A stretch of 64,000 bases of DNA from Azolla caroliniana (taxonomy: Eukaryota; Plantae; Polypodiophyta): the NCBI GenBank assembly GCA_043228905.1, contig JBHGNT010000016.1:18662001-18726000 (forward strand), in the 5' to 3' direction. Both the position numbers and the translations under genes were made by a program. Shown one piece after another: positions 35,401-57,497 of this stretch. Each line of letters starts with the position of its first letter. Position 1 is the first letter of the stretch. Below the pieces are notes generated by a model. That model ran no database searches, had not been told where the DNA came from, and saw only the letters and a list, made by a program, of their open reading frames with translations.

Positions 35401-38400
35401 ATCTACTTTGTCGTCTTATGTTGATAAACGTTTCAAGTTTACAATCACATGTTCCTCATCTTTCTCGCCTCATAAAGGAAGAAATCCATGTGGCTAAAAA
35501 AGATTAACTATTTGCGACGATCATGATAAGTAATGACAAATACATGAGAGAGAAGATAGATTTACGTATCAATATGGTGTAGCAAGAATCATGATGTAAT
35601 TAGAGACAGTTCACTAGATATTACTAATGTTTGTATATATTCCAGAGTCGGATGACAACGTCTGCCCCTTCCAATTACGAGTTGTGGTCTAGGCCCATCT
35701 CTGTTTGTAAAATCACTCCTAAAATATGTTATTCCCATCTTATACTTAGATCAAGTTTTTTAGGAGAATATCATTTGTACAACATTTGTCACATGCTTCT
35801 CATCAAGACAATGGGTCATCACAATCACAAATAAACTAATTAGAATATACTAGGAAGTGTAGTATAATCATAGACGAGTATCCAATTAATTTGAATACAA
35901 ATCTCCAATCCATCGCTATTATACATTGTATGTATGTTCAATATATATAATAAGAAATAAAATTCGAAATTCCATACATGCTCCTTTAGTGATGAGAATG
36001 ACCCCGAAAGCTAGAGACATGACAACAACTTGCCTTTGAAGTGATATTCTGCAAACAATCTTTAGTTCCTTATTCTATTCAATGAGATCAAGAGAGTAGA
36101 TTTTAAGGTTGCGAGAGAGTGAGAGTGAGTATTGAGATAGCTCACTCACCACAACTCCCCTCGTACAAAGTAAATCATATCATATATCAAGCCTTAGAAA
36201 ACTTGGAACATATTTTCTTTACAAGATAGAGGGAACCAAATCATAACATTCTCCTCTTGACAACACTTTAATAAAATGGCATGTTTTTTTCTCAATTTGT
36301 ACAACTTTTGTTATAGGTTAAAATAACATATTTTAGCAATTTCAAAATGTAAATATTTTAAATCAAATCAAGAGCACAAGTGAAACTGAGATAACATTGA
36401 TGGACTAGATATCACTAATATTTTCATCAATCATTACTTTCGTATATTCTAATTGACGAGTATGTATGTTGAATGTGAATGTTGACATAGATGTTCCGCC
36501 ACATACAAGGTGACACGTGGCATGTAATCTTCAAGATTAACAAAGACCTACCACATTTAAGTATTTGTGGAAGAAATACAAGGTGTGTGCCATTCAATAT
36601 ATGCTTAGGTTTGAGGAGGCTATGATCGATGAAATCACAAAAAAACATCTTTGTACTTAGTGACGATCGTAAGCTAGTAAAATTCTTGAAAATGGTGACC
36701 AATGAGAGAAAACAATACCTCGACCACACTAATATGACAAATACACTATAATTTACAAGGGATTTTCTCATTTCAATCATTCATATACAACTCTAATGAT
36801 TGATACATCACTTATGGAAGATAAACTTCGAGCACACAATTTGAATGCATTCCTTAATGACATAAGGCAAGTAGCCATTGAAATCATATGATATTGACAA
36901 CAGACACCTGGATGCATATTTTAACATGACGCAAACCTTTCAATTTTTGACACACTATTGCAAACTCATCAAGGGAAGGATGCAAAACAAAATATATTGT
37001 CGAATATGTCAATTTTCCACAAATACATTGACACGAATTCCAAACATTGAACATACATCAGGGTGTAGATGTGAAGAAGGAAAGTATCGAGTGCGTGAAA
37101 GCCAATGACATGTCAAACACATCATTTTCCAATGTGCATGTGAATATTGAATCTAGCACGATATGTCAAATATATCATTTTTCGGCATGTATTCAAACAC
37201 AAAACTCATGCATTGCACATTATAGTAATATGTCCAAACATAATTTTACATGAGGTCTGGTCATTTCAACCAGTCGCATATCATCTCCAAGGACAAACAA
37301 GCCTCATGGTGTGGATGTGAAGAAGGAAAGTATTGAGTGCGTGAAACCCAACAATGCACTGAATGTATAATTTTCGAACGCACATGTGGACGGTGGATCC
37401 AAATATGATGCGTCAAAGATAACATTTTTTGGCATGTGTGCCATCACAAACTCATGCATGATGCATGATAGTGATATGACAAACATTATACTACATGGGA
37501 TACGGTCATTTCAACCATTCATGTTTGATCTCCATGGTTAGTCTAGATACATCACTCATGGAAGATAAACTTCTAGTACACAATTTGAACCCACTGTATG
37601 GCGACAACACCTCGACGCATGCAAGTAGCTATTGAGGTCATATACAACACCTCGACGCATCCGATTAAAATTAGGTATCGTTTTTTTGATACACACTTTC
37701 ATATGTATTCCAACACAACGTGAATGTATTGGTTTCCGACACATTGTTGCACATCTAGTGGTGACTTGGGATATGAATGTGAAGATAGAAATAACTTCAG
37801 GCTATGTTGATTTTCAACACATTAGATAACACAACTTCCAACGGTTGGGCCGAGCGTACATGAAGAAGGAAAAGCATTGAGTGGTAAGGGCCACAGACAT
37901 AATCGTGCGGCACACAAAGCCGACACAAAACTTCCTGCACAACACAATCGGGAATTCATCAATTGTCAAATGCCCTGCACATGGACATCGAAGGTGTCAA
38001 GTACATATAGCATGTGTCTTGGTCAGTGAGTGCATCTGATACGAGAGTTTCCCGAGTGTGCTGAGCGCAAAACAAACGTATGTCTCAAGGTATGTGAATC
38101 ATACATCTGCCAGGGTGTGGATACGAGAGCCTAGCGAGGGGCGAAAGGGACCGAAAACCCGAGTGCACGAAGAATCGTGAGAGCTAGACACACCACATGG
38201 GGCCACTAAGAATCCGAAAAGATTCCACCCGGTGCCGGCCCCAACCGAGAATCCGAAAAGATTCTGCCAGGTGCCGATGCCGCCTCCAATGGCCGGAGGA
38301 GGAAGCAAGAAGCTAGAACTCTGAACACCCAAGAAAGGGTATATGAGTCATGATGATGGTTGTTGATAGGTTTCCATGAAAGCTAAGACATCATCATCAT

Positions 38401-38536
38401 CAATGGTGATGATGATCATCTGCCATACATATCTTCATCTCCACTCTGTTCTAGCTTTTTCTGTTTTTGTTACTGTTGTTCATATGCTGAGGAGAGTTTT
38501 TCAAACAAATCACAGTTCCTCACAGACCCATCAGCA

Positions 38537-48356
<9,820 letters not shown>

Positions 48357-49453
48357 GTGTGCTCCAATTTTGTAGATTGTTGTTCCTTATATTAGTGACA
48401 TCAACACACTCATATGAATGTTATTTGTAATGTCATGCATTTATAATAACTTATTCGTCTACAAGTGTTAACTTCCTATTTTTAGTAGAAGATAAATGGA
48501 ACCAAGAAAAACCTCTCACTCTCTAAGAGTAAGTTGATCAAGGCAAGTGTCATAAAACATTGTTAAGGCCCAAGCGTGACCCTCATGCAAAGTTGTAAGC
48601 CATCTCTCTAAAGTTATAAGTCATCTCTCTCTCTCTTGGAATAAGTTGATCAAGGTAAGTGTCATAAGTCATTGTTGAGGGATGGCCTTCATGCAAATTT
48701 CTAAGACAAAATGAATGATTGGATTAGATACTTATAGACATCAAGGATCTACTACCCTCCACTACCATCTACGCTGAGATATGAGGGCTCTTTGCATTCT
48801 CATTATGTCATTTCACTAGTACATTTCAAGGATCTACCACCATCTACTATCATCTACAACGAGATATGAGGAATCTTTGCATTCTCATTGTGTCATTGCA
48901 CTAGTACATTTGTTTTATATGACACTAAGGTTTTGAAGAAAACTTGCCGTACCATTTTCCTTGAACTAACCCACTTTCTACTAGCTAATGACAACTTCAG
49001 CATCATTGTGTTTATTATATAGATAATAGACCCCAAAGCAACTTTAAATTTCTTTCAATAATTGTTATGACATCTACTTGATTGAAATTCACCCATCAAA
49101 TTCTATTACTTTGTGGTTGGTTCATTGAGCTTGGTCCCAAAGCATTGACAGTAACATGAACATGAAATTGCCAAAGTTCCTGAATAACAAAAGTTTAGGG
49201 TCTAAAGCATAGTTTAAAGACATTGAATCCTCTTTGATGCTTGGAATTCTTCAAAAATATTTTCCCTATCAGCTACTTCATGTTTTCGAAGTTGCATATG
49301 ATCAAGCAATCAATAAGTGGATAAAAGCAATGTCGGCGAATGCTACACGACGAGTCATTAGGGGGGGGGGGTGCAAGTCTTGAACTGAAAGAGAATGCAT
49401 AAGCACAAAGAAAGTTACAATAGTTACATAACGGGGAACGCTAGGGTCTCTTT

Positions 49454-50192
49454 TTAATGGATCTTGAGGTTGGTGAGGAGATTGTTGGCAACGGGGTCGG
49501 CGAGGTGATCGAGCAAATTCTCGAGCGGGCCTTTGCCAGTGACGAGGGCTTGAATGAAATACCCGAGAATGGCGAGCATGGCTAACCGCCCGTTCTTGAT
49601 CTCCTTTGTCTTGAGAACCTGGAGGGACTTCTCATCTTTCCCGAACCCAAACATGTTGAAGAAGGGACCCCCGGGGTACGCGGGGTTGCCAGAGCCGCCA
49701 AGGACCTTCTCGAAGCCGAGGAAGTATTGCTTGCCCATCGATCCGGGCTTGTAGTAGTCTTGTGCGCGTCGGTGCTCGGCAAAGCCCATCAAAATGATCT
49801 CCAACACGAAGAGCGTGTACGAGTCGGCCCAGTAGTTGTAGGTGCCTAGGGGTGGGATGACACCCGACTTGAACCACACAACCGCGGTCTCCTGGGGGAT
49901 GAGGCCTAGCTTTCCGAGGATCTCGGGGGCAATGGCGCCTGCGGCCCCGAGCATCGCAAACCTCCCGTTGATGATCTCTCCATAGATGAGCCAGCTAGGT
50001 TCGATGAAACCTCCAGCACCTTCCGGGTCCATGAGGCCAAGTGGGTCGAATCCAAAGTCTCCCGGCAAGCTGCACACACACACACACATGGACATGGAGG
50101 TGTGATTCATGCATAGTCCATTCATTGATTGCTATATATATATAGGCTTCACAAGGCCTTCTTATTTATATGCATAGCCCATTCATTGATTG

Positions 50193-50225
<33 letters not shown>

Positions 50226-51260
50226 CTTCACAAGGTCTTCTTCCCTAAAGCCAGAAGATTATCTATGAATTCATGATAACTGATCTGCACATACAATGAT
50301 GATGAAGAGAGGGTTTTACCTTCCATCCAAGTAGGAGAGGCTTTGTTTGGAGGCAAACCACAGTTGCCTGTCAGCCTGATCATGAAGCACAAACAAATTG
50401 TATGAGAAAGACACCAAAAAACCATGAACCCTAACCCAATCAACTAAACCCATAAACCCTATATTAGACCTAGTCTTTAGCCCTCTAACCTAATATTATA
50501 TACCTAGACCCTGCCCTAAATCCCAAACCAAATGCTATACTAAACTTAAAACCAAGATCCTTTCCTTAGCCTAAACCCTAACCCTAACAAAAAACCCTTT
50601 ACTAAATCTAAAATCCTTATCCTAACCCAAACCCAAAACCCTTTACTGACGCTAATCCTTATCCTAACCCAAGACCCTTTAGCAACCCTAATCTTTATCC
50701 TAACCCTAATCCTAACTCAAAACCCATTACTAACCCTAATCCTTATCCTAACCCAAAACCCTTTACCAACCCTAATCTTTATCCTAACCCTAACCCAGAA
50801 CCCTTTACTAACCCTAATCCTTATCCTAACCCAGAACCCTTTACTAAGCCTAATCCTTATCCTAACCCTAACCCTAACCCTAACCCAGAACCCTTTCCTA
50901 ACCCTAATCTTTATCCTAACCTTAACCCAATACCCAAAACCTAAAACCCTTTCCTTTAGATCATTCAGGGGAACCCGCCATTTCTGATTTGGAGAAATAC
51001 TGTAAACTTGGGGAAGGGGTGGGGGGCATTTGCGGAACATGAATAATGTAGCAGGAGTCACATACCTTGACGGGCTTCCCAGAGGATGAAGCTCGCACCG
51101 ACACAGTAGAGGAGCGCTTGGAAGAAGACGAAGAAGAAGAAGAAGAAGAAGAAGACGAGGTGGAAGGTAGCAGAGAATGGGCACGAAGAGACCTTCCTCC
51201 ACTCACGAATTGCTGAGTCGCAGCGGAAAGAACCCCTGCCTTAGAAGCGACGGCGGCCAT
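49454..51260 (-). CDS. LHCA3: Photosystem I light-harvesting chlorophyll a/b protein Lhca3; exons 51260-51066, 50375-50320, 50069-49454
   Basis: Ser-rich transit peptide, [41 protein letters not shown], Lhca3 signature [23 protein letters not shown]; GT-AG introns keep frame. Confidence 0.95.
50430..50955. repeat. Degenerate telomere-like (CCCTAA/CCCTAAA) array in Lhca3 intron 1
   Basis: Many AACCCT/CCTAAC hexamers with a higher-order unit like AACCCTTTACTAACCCTAATCCTTATCCTAACCC. Confidence 0.8.
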
Positions 51261-51487
51261 ATCTAATAGACAGACAGATCCCAAGTCAAAACAAATCTCT
51301 CTGTCTCTGTTTCTCTCCCTCTGTCTCTCTCCTCGCTCAGGAGATGAAGGCAGAGAAAAGGGATGATGATGATGATGATGAGAGGTGGGCTATGGTGATG
51401 GGTCAGATCGGAGCAGAGCAGAGCAGAGAAACAGAAGAGAGAGATCTGTGGATTGAAAGAGAGGAGGAAGAGGTGAGATATGGTGAT

Positions 51488-51562
51488 GGATAAGGAAAGG
51501 GGGAGGGCTTATCCTGCAGATGCCAATCAGATTGCAGAGCAGCATATCATGTGGGCGATTGG
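51488..51562 (-). promoter_or_regulatory. Candidate light-responsive promoter motifs of Lhca3 (I-box/GATA, CCAAT)
   Basis: GATAAG in both orientations (51489-51494, 51508-51513) and CCAAT/ATTGG, about 230-300 bp upstream of the ATG; short motifs only. Confidence 0.35.
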
Positions 51563-51627
51563 CCCCACCACCATAGCCATATCTCTCCTTCTCCAAATTC
51601 TATGTATGTATGTATGTATGTATGTAC

Positions 51628-51881
51628 ACATAGCAATAAGCAACGGTTCGGTTTGAACTGAGAAACCACAGCTTAACGGTTTCAACAGTTCGGTTTGGTT
51701 CGGATTAGGTTTAGGTTTAGGTTTTTTAAAACGGTTCGGTTCGGTTCGGTTCAGATTAGGTTTAGGTTTTTAAAAACGGTTCGGTTCAGTTTTTATTCGG
51801 TTTCAACAGTCAGAAACCGTGGTTTAATGGTTTGTTTTTTTTTTCGAACCGAACCAAACTGAACCGTTGTCGATCGTTATG
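51628..51881. mobile_element. MITE-like element (hAT-like subterminal AACCG/CGGTT repeats)
   Basis: Imperfect terminal inverted repeats (CAACGGTTCGGTTT ... AAACTGAACCGTTG) and many GGTTC repeats; TSD unclear. Confidence 0.6.
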
Positions 51882-52129
51882 CACACATGTATGTTTGTAT
51901 GTATGTGTGAGTATATCCTCTTCAGTGACCCTTCTCCTTCCTTGAGACGCTTCCGTCTCGTCTTGTCATCATCGGACACCTTCTTCTTTGTTGATTATCT
52001 CGTCGTGGACATCCTCATGTTATGTGTCCGTCTAGACCTCGAACCTTATGTTTGAACACTGGGGATCTTTATGTCTGGACCCGGAACTTATGTCTAAAAC
52101 GCGTGATAGTAATAGTGCTCTGCCACAAC

Positions 52130-55100
52130 CGAGTCCCAAACACACAATCGAAGAAATAAATAGAAAGTAGCAATGCACTTGACAAGATAGAAGAGATGAC
52201 GCCAGATGTTATCATGGAAAACCCTAATCGTGGAAAAATCACAAGAGTTCTCTAACTTTGAATAGGATCACTATAGAGGAGGGGTGACCTCGAGCTCTGT
52301 CTTCGCCAATCGGCGGTTACAACAGAAACTGCTCTCTCTCTCTATACAACACACACACAATAATAATACCAACAACTTATTGGACACTGTTGCCCTAGTT
52401 ATATTTATACTTATATAACTTTAGGACTATTTAGAAGTGTGACCTCAATGATCACATCTAAACATATTTACTAATATCTTCCTATTTGTTGGTTCATATC
52501 GGATCCGGTCGGATTCCTTCCGTGTCCATCCCATCCGGTTTCCAGATATCCTTCCAGATCACTCCGATCTGGCTCGATCTTCTCCGGCTTCCTAGATCCC
52601 CATCCAGAGGGATTGATATCTCAACAATCTCCCCCTTCACTCCGGTATGGGGTCTTCGTCAGTTCGATCCGTCTTCAGCATGCATTTAGCTTGTCGACTG
52701 ACAACACTTTGGTCAACATATCCGACCTGTTCTCCTCCGTGTGGATCTTCACTAGAGTGAAGTCTTGGTCTTCTCTACCTTCTCCCGAAGCCAATGATAT
52801 CTTTGTTGGATGTGCTTCGTCCTGGAATGGTAGGCCATGTTCTTTGCAAGGTGGATGACGCTTTGACTGTCGCAGTAGAGCCAATATTCCTCTTGAAGGA
52901 TCCATCATCCAAATTACTTCCTTTTCGGCTTCCACGACTGCCATGTACTCTGTTTCCGTTGTCAACAGTGCAATGGACTTTTGTAGCCTCAACTGCCATG
53001 ATACAGCTCCCCTTGCATATGTCATGACATATCTGGATGTTGATCGACTGGTATCTACATCAGCTGACATGGCCGAATCCGTGAAACCTCCCAATAGGGG
53101 TTTACCGAAGTCGAATCGGAGGCACATGCTCGAGGTGCCTTTTAGGTACAGGAGTATCCACTTGATGGCGGCCTAATGCTCTCTTCCCGGATTGCTCATG
53201 AACCGGTTGACCATTCCAACTGCATATCCGATATCTAATCGTGTACAAACCATTGTGTACATGAGGCTTCCGACTGTAGAGGCACATTGTATCTTCATCA
53301 TTTCTGACTTCTCTGCCTTTGTCTTCAGGCTCTGCTTTCCGGACAATTTGCAATTTGCAGGAAGTGTCGACCCGTCCGGCTTAGCATCCGACACGTTGAA
53401 CCTTTGAAGCACATTTGTCACGTACTTCTCTTGTGACAACCACAATAGTTTCTTCGACCGGTCCCAGATTATGTGCATTCCCAAAATCTGTCTCGCCGGT
53501 CCTATATTTTTCTTTGCGAATGACCGACTCAAGGTCTTCTTCAACATTCTGATTTTGATATGGCCTCGTCCGACGATTAACATGTCGCCCACGTACAATA
53601 GTAGTATTAGGAAGTCTCCTCCGTCAAACTTCTTCACAAATATGCAGTAGTCAACCTGCGTCTTGTGGTATCCTTGATCGGTCATGAAGGAGTCAAACTT
53701 CCGGTACCATTGCCAGGGGGCTTGCTTCAGTCCGTATAAGCTCTTCTTCGACCGACACACTAGGTTCTCCTTCCCTTTCTTGACGAATCCTTCCGGTTGT
53801 TGCATGTAGATCTCTTCTTTGAGGTCGCCATGTAGGAACGTCGTCTTGACGTCTAGTTGCTCTACCTCGAGGTCCATGCTTGCCGCTATGCTCAACACTA
53901 TCCGGATGGATGTCATCTTCACTACTGGGGTGAAGATTTAATCGAAATCCACTCCTTTCTTTAACTGGAAGCCCTTCACCACAATGTGGGCTTTGTATCT
54001 CGGTGGATTTCCGGCGTCTCTAGGTTTTAGCTTGTACACCCACTTGTTTCGGAGCGCTCTCTTTCCGTTCGGTAGCTCCGTCAATGCATATGTGTGGTTC
54101 TCATGCAAGGAATCCATCTCATCCTGCATGGCACTTAACCACTTTCGGTTGTGGGTGTCTTTCTTAGCTTCTTCAAAGCTTTCCAGTTCCCCCTCGTCGG
54201 TTAGTAAAATGTGCTCTGCATCCGGAAATCTTCGGGGGGCTCTTCTCTCCTTGAGCGGATATCTCCGTCCTTGGTTTTCGACAACTGGTTCCTTCGACTA
54301 TTCTTCATCCGAATCTGATTCGGGGTCTTGTCCTGTTCCGGTCTTCGACACGGTGAATTCGAGTTGGATTCCCTTCGACTGACATTACTCCTCGAACTGC
54401 CCTCGGTATTCGCCTCCGTTTGTCCGCTTGAACCACCGTCAGCTTCTGGTTGCTTTCTCTTTCCACTCTCACGTGGAATTCCTTGAAGACGGATAATACT
54501 TGGTCCTTCGTCTTCAACGATGACACCCACAACTTCCGGTTGTGGTCATTTATGAACGTCACGAAGTACTGTGACCTAGCATGTGACTTCGTGTCCATCT
54601 AGCATACATCAATATGCACAAGCTCTAGTGGTTCTTTCCGTCTTGTCGGTGGTCTCGATCGGAAGGAGGTTCATTTCCGATTACTAGCCAAACAATCGGT
54701 GCACTTCTCAAGATGCACGTCTTTCACCACCGAAATGAGGTTGTCCTCGGCAAGTCTACGCATCCCCTTCTGGTTCATGTCACAGAACCTCTGCCACAAC
54801 TCACCGGTAGTGTCAGATACCACGTTCACTTCTTCCTGGCATATTCGGGCATTAGGTACATAATGTTGATTTTCCAGGCTCGAGGCACAATCAAGGTCCC
54901 TTTGCTGAATTGCATGACTCTGTTTCAGATGCTACCCGTGTAGCCTTCATCATCTAGCCGACCGGCTGATATCAGGTTCAACCAAACCTCCAGAACGTGT
55001 CAGACATCTTTTAGCAACAACTTGCACCCGATTGACGTCGTCAGCCACATGTCTCTTATGCCGACAATTCGGCATGATCCTTCATTTCCCATCCGCACTA

Positions 55101-55367
55101 AACCATGGTCGCCGGCTCTGTAAGATGAAAAACATTTCCGGTCGCGGGTCAGATGAAACGATGCTTCGGAATTGACAACCCATGTCGTCTCGCCTCTCAA
55201 TAGGTGCAACTCATTCTCCTTAGTGATGAGCAATAGTTCTTCCTCACTTGTTGCGATTGTCGTCGTTCCTTTCCTATCCAAATTCCTCTGGTCCAGACCC
55301 TTCTTCGAGTCGGCGATGTCGGTTCCTTGGAAGTGTCAACAATTCTTCTGGAAGTGCCCTGACTTTC
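52130..55367 (-). mobile_element. Degenerate Ty1/copia (Tnt1-like) element, gag knuckle to 3' LTR; interrupted by D at 55368
   Basis: WVVNSEASFH protease, integrase, RT (QLDVKTTFLHG, SLYGLKQA, LLYVGDM), RNase H; PPT (plus strand ATCTCCCCCTTCAC, 52627-52640); LTR starts at 52626, distal end approximate. Confidence 0.85.
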
Positions 55368-56104
55368 TGTTACGGGCATGACCATATAATATCCCGTGGT
55401 GAGAATTGTCGTAGTATTCTATACACGTGGATAAGTGTGAGGGTTAAACAAAGAGTCTAAAGAAGGGGAGGATTACTTTTAATCCTCGGGATTGAGACAA
55501 TCCATGAGGCCAAGTGTGAACATGGCTGGGGGCCTTGAGAATTACTATAAATAAGAGGCCTAGCTACCCTCATTTCATGATGCATTGACTACGTCGAGAC
55601 TCTGTCCGTGAGTGAAACGACTCTTGTAGCAAGCGCGCTATCATCCAGGTACGACTCGACGCCAAGGCGGTGGTATGGGACGCCGATCGAGGCTCGAGTC
55701 CGTCTCGATCCCTTCGCTCGGGGGTGGTCGGGTGGATCGGCACCCTTCTTTCTCTCTTTTCTCTCTATTCTTTCTAGATCTATCATTGATATATCCTTAT
55801 TTTATGCTTACTTTAGTACCTAATCTCTAATAATTGGTATCAGAGCATATGTACTAACGTTTCTTTTGGTTTTCTTTTTGTCTTCGCGTGGGATGGCGAT
55901 TGATCGTTGTGCGGTCGCCTTCATGCAGACAAGGATTAGCGAAAGAACTTCGGTAAATTTTCCTTAATTTTTTTTATCTAATTTTTCTTCTCCCTTCTAT
56001 ACATGTGTATACTTAATATGTAGTTTTTTTTTCATATATTCAATGATGTTGAAGTGGTATTTAATTGGTTATCGTTTGACATATAAATCATATGTGATGA
56101 GTGT

Positions 56105-56312
56105 CGTATGCGTACGAGGTTACTACCTCAATTGCGTATTACGTTCACGAACATATGTTACGTTCGCGTACGAGGTCAATACCTCCATTCGTTCGAAATG
56201 ATATGCGTTGGGTTTAGTATGCGTAAGAGGTCAATACCTCAATTGCGAATTACGCTTAACCTTATTTTCGGATGTTTCGTGTGCGTAGAGGTATATGCCT
56301 CGATTACGTATC
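56105..56312 (+). repeat. Four about 56-bp hairpin repeats in D leader
   Basis: GCGTA.GAGGT....ACCTC (fourth copy GCCTC) starts at 56110, 56166, 56221 and 56283. Confidence 0.75.
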
Positions 56313-57232
56313 CCGAATACATCATTGTTGGCTATATAAAAAAAACGATTCATTTAGTATACGTATATGTGGTCACTTATATACGTCTCTGATCGTATAT
56401 ATGTGATATATTGACATATGTGTATATTTTAGATTACGTGATTCATATCAAATGTTTTCCTACTTGGGGAGAGGATTTTGGTGGCCGTCCTCACATTTTT
56501 GTGAGAATGGCGTTGTCACCATCCCTTTTATCAACAATTTTTATTGTTGAAATTCCCGTTGGTCACTTTGATATTTCGTTACGTAACGAACCTCGTATAG
56601 CCAAAATGATGTTGAATACGTCGGGCTTGATCCACATCAAGTAGGGTCGCTCTAATGACACACGTATCCAACATCTCCCCTCGTTACATGGATACGATGC
56701 CACCATGAGCTCGTTCTTACGAGTGGCATTCGTAATGACGTGACCATGTGATGGGCCACATGAGCCTACGAAGACACAAGGGCTCATTCGGCTTGACCAT
56801 TAGGTTACACTTTGGCATATGCCATCGTAATTACGAGGCTTGAGGTTAGGTAGCGTACAACCATAGTGGGTAATAAATGAGGGAGAAATAAGGCCACTTG
56901 ACCTATATGTTTCTTTTAAACAAAAACATATAGGGGCAAATGCCTCGCATATCTCGAATACGCCTCAAACATTAAACATTCAAGACGCGCAATCTACTTG
57001 GTTGGCTCAAGTGTTTAATGTATTTGTCCTCGAGGTCTCGAGTTCAAATATGACCAACACCATACAACATCGTTGATACATATGACTATGATACATGTTT
57101 AGACTTTAGGTCTAAGTGCACTTCGGGGTCCTCGTAATAGGACTTAAAGAGCCGAAACCACATATGTGGGCACAGAAACATAGTTATTGTTAACATTTTT
57201 TTCGTGTATAAACTATTCATGACGCGAACATA

Positions 57233-57393
57233 CATGGTTGAGCCTCGGGGAGCCGCCATGAAAAAAATCGATATAGAGATCAGGGAAAGGCATTCATTTG
57301 TCACCCCCATGGTTTTTAAAACACCTCTGTGTTACCATAGTAACCTGATCTTGAACCTCATCTCATACGTCTAGAGGGGTATTGACGTGAGAT
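57233..57393 (+). ncRNA. Conserved cis-acting structured RNA element in D leader
   Basis: Homolog of 13082-13244 with covarying helices. Confidence 0.7.
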
Positions 57394-57497
57394 CATGATA
57401 TCGATTAATGTTTGCCCATGAAATGTTTACACCACGACAAGATGTTATGACTATTTGTCTGACCTTATCTTATTTCTTTGCCAGAAATAATCATTCA

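Noticed and set aside
35230-35432. About 103-bp tandem duplication (similar local duplications at 32800-33215, 42483-42790, 43690-44260, 48520-48910)
   Set aside because: Ordinary local duplications with no sign of function.
50717-51202. 161-aa ORF with RVRIRI repeats
   Set aside because: Translation of the telomere-like intron repeat, out of frame with Lhca3.
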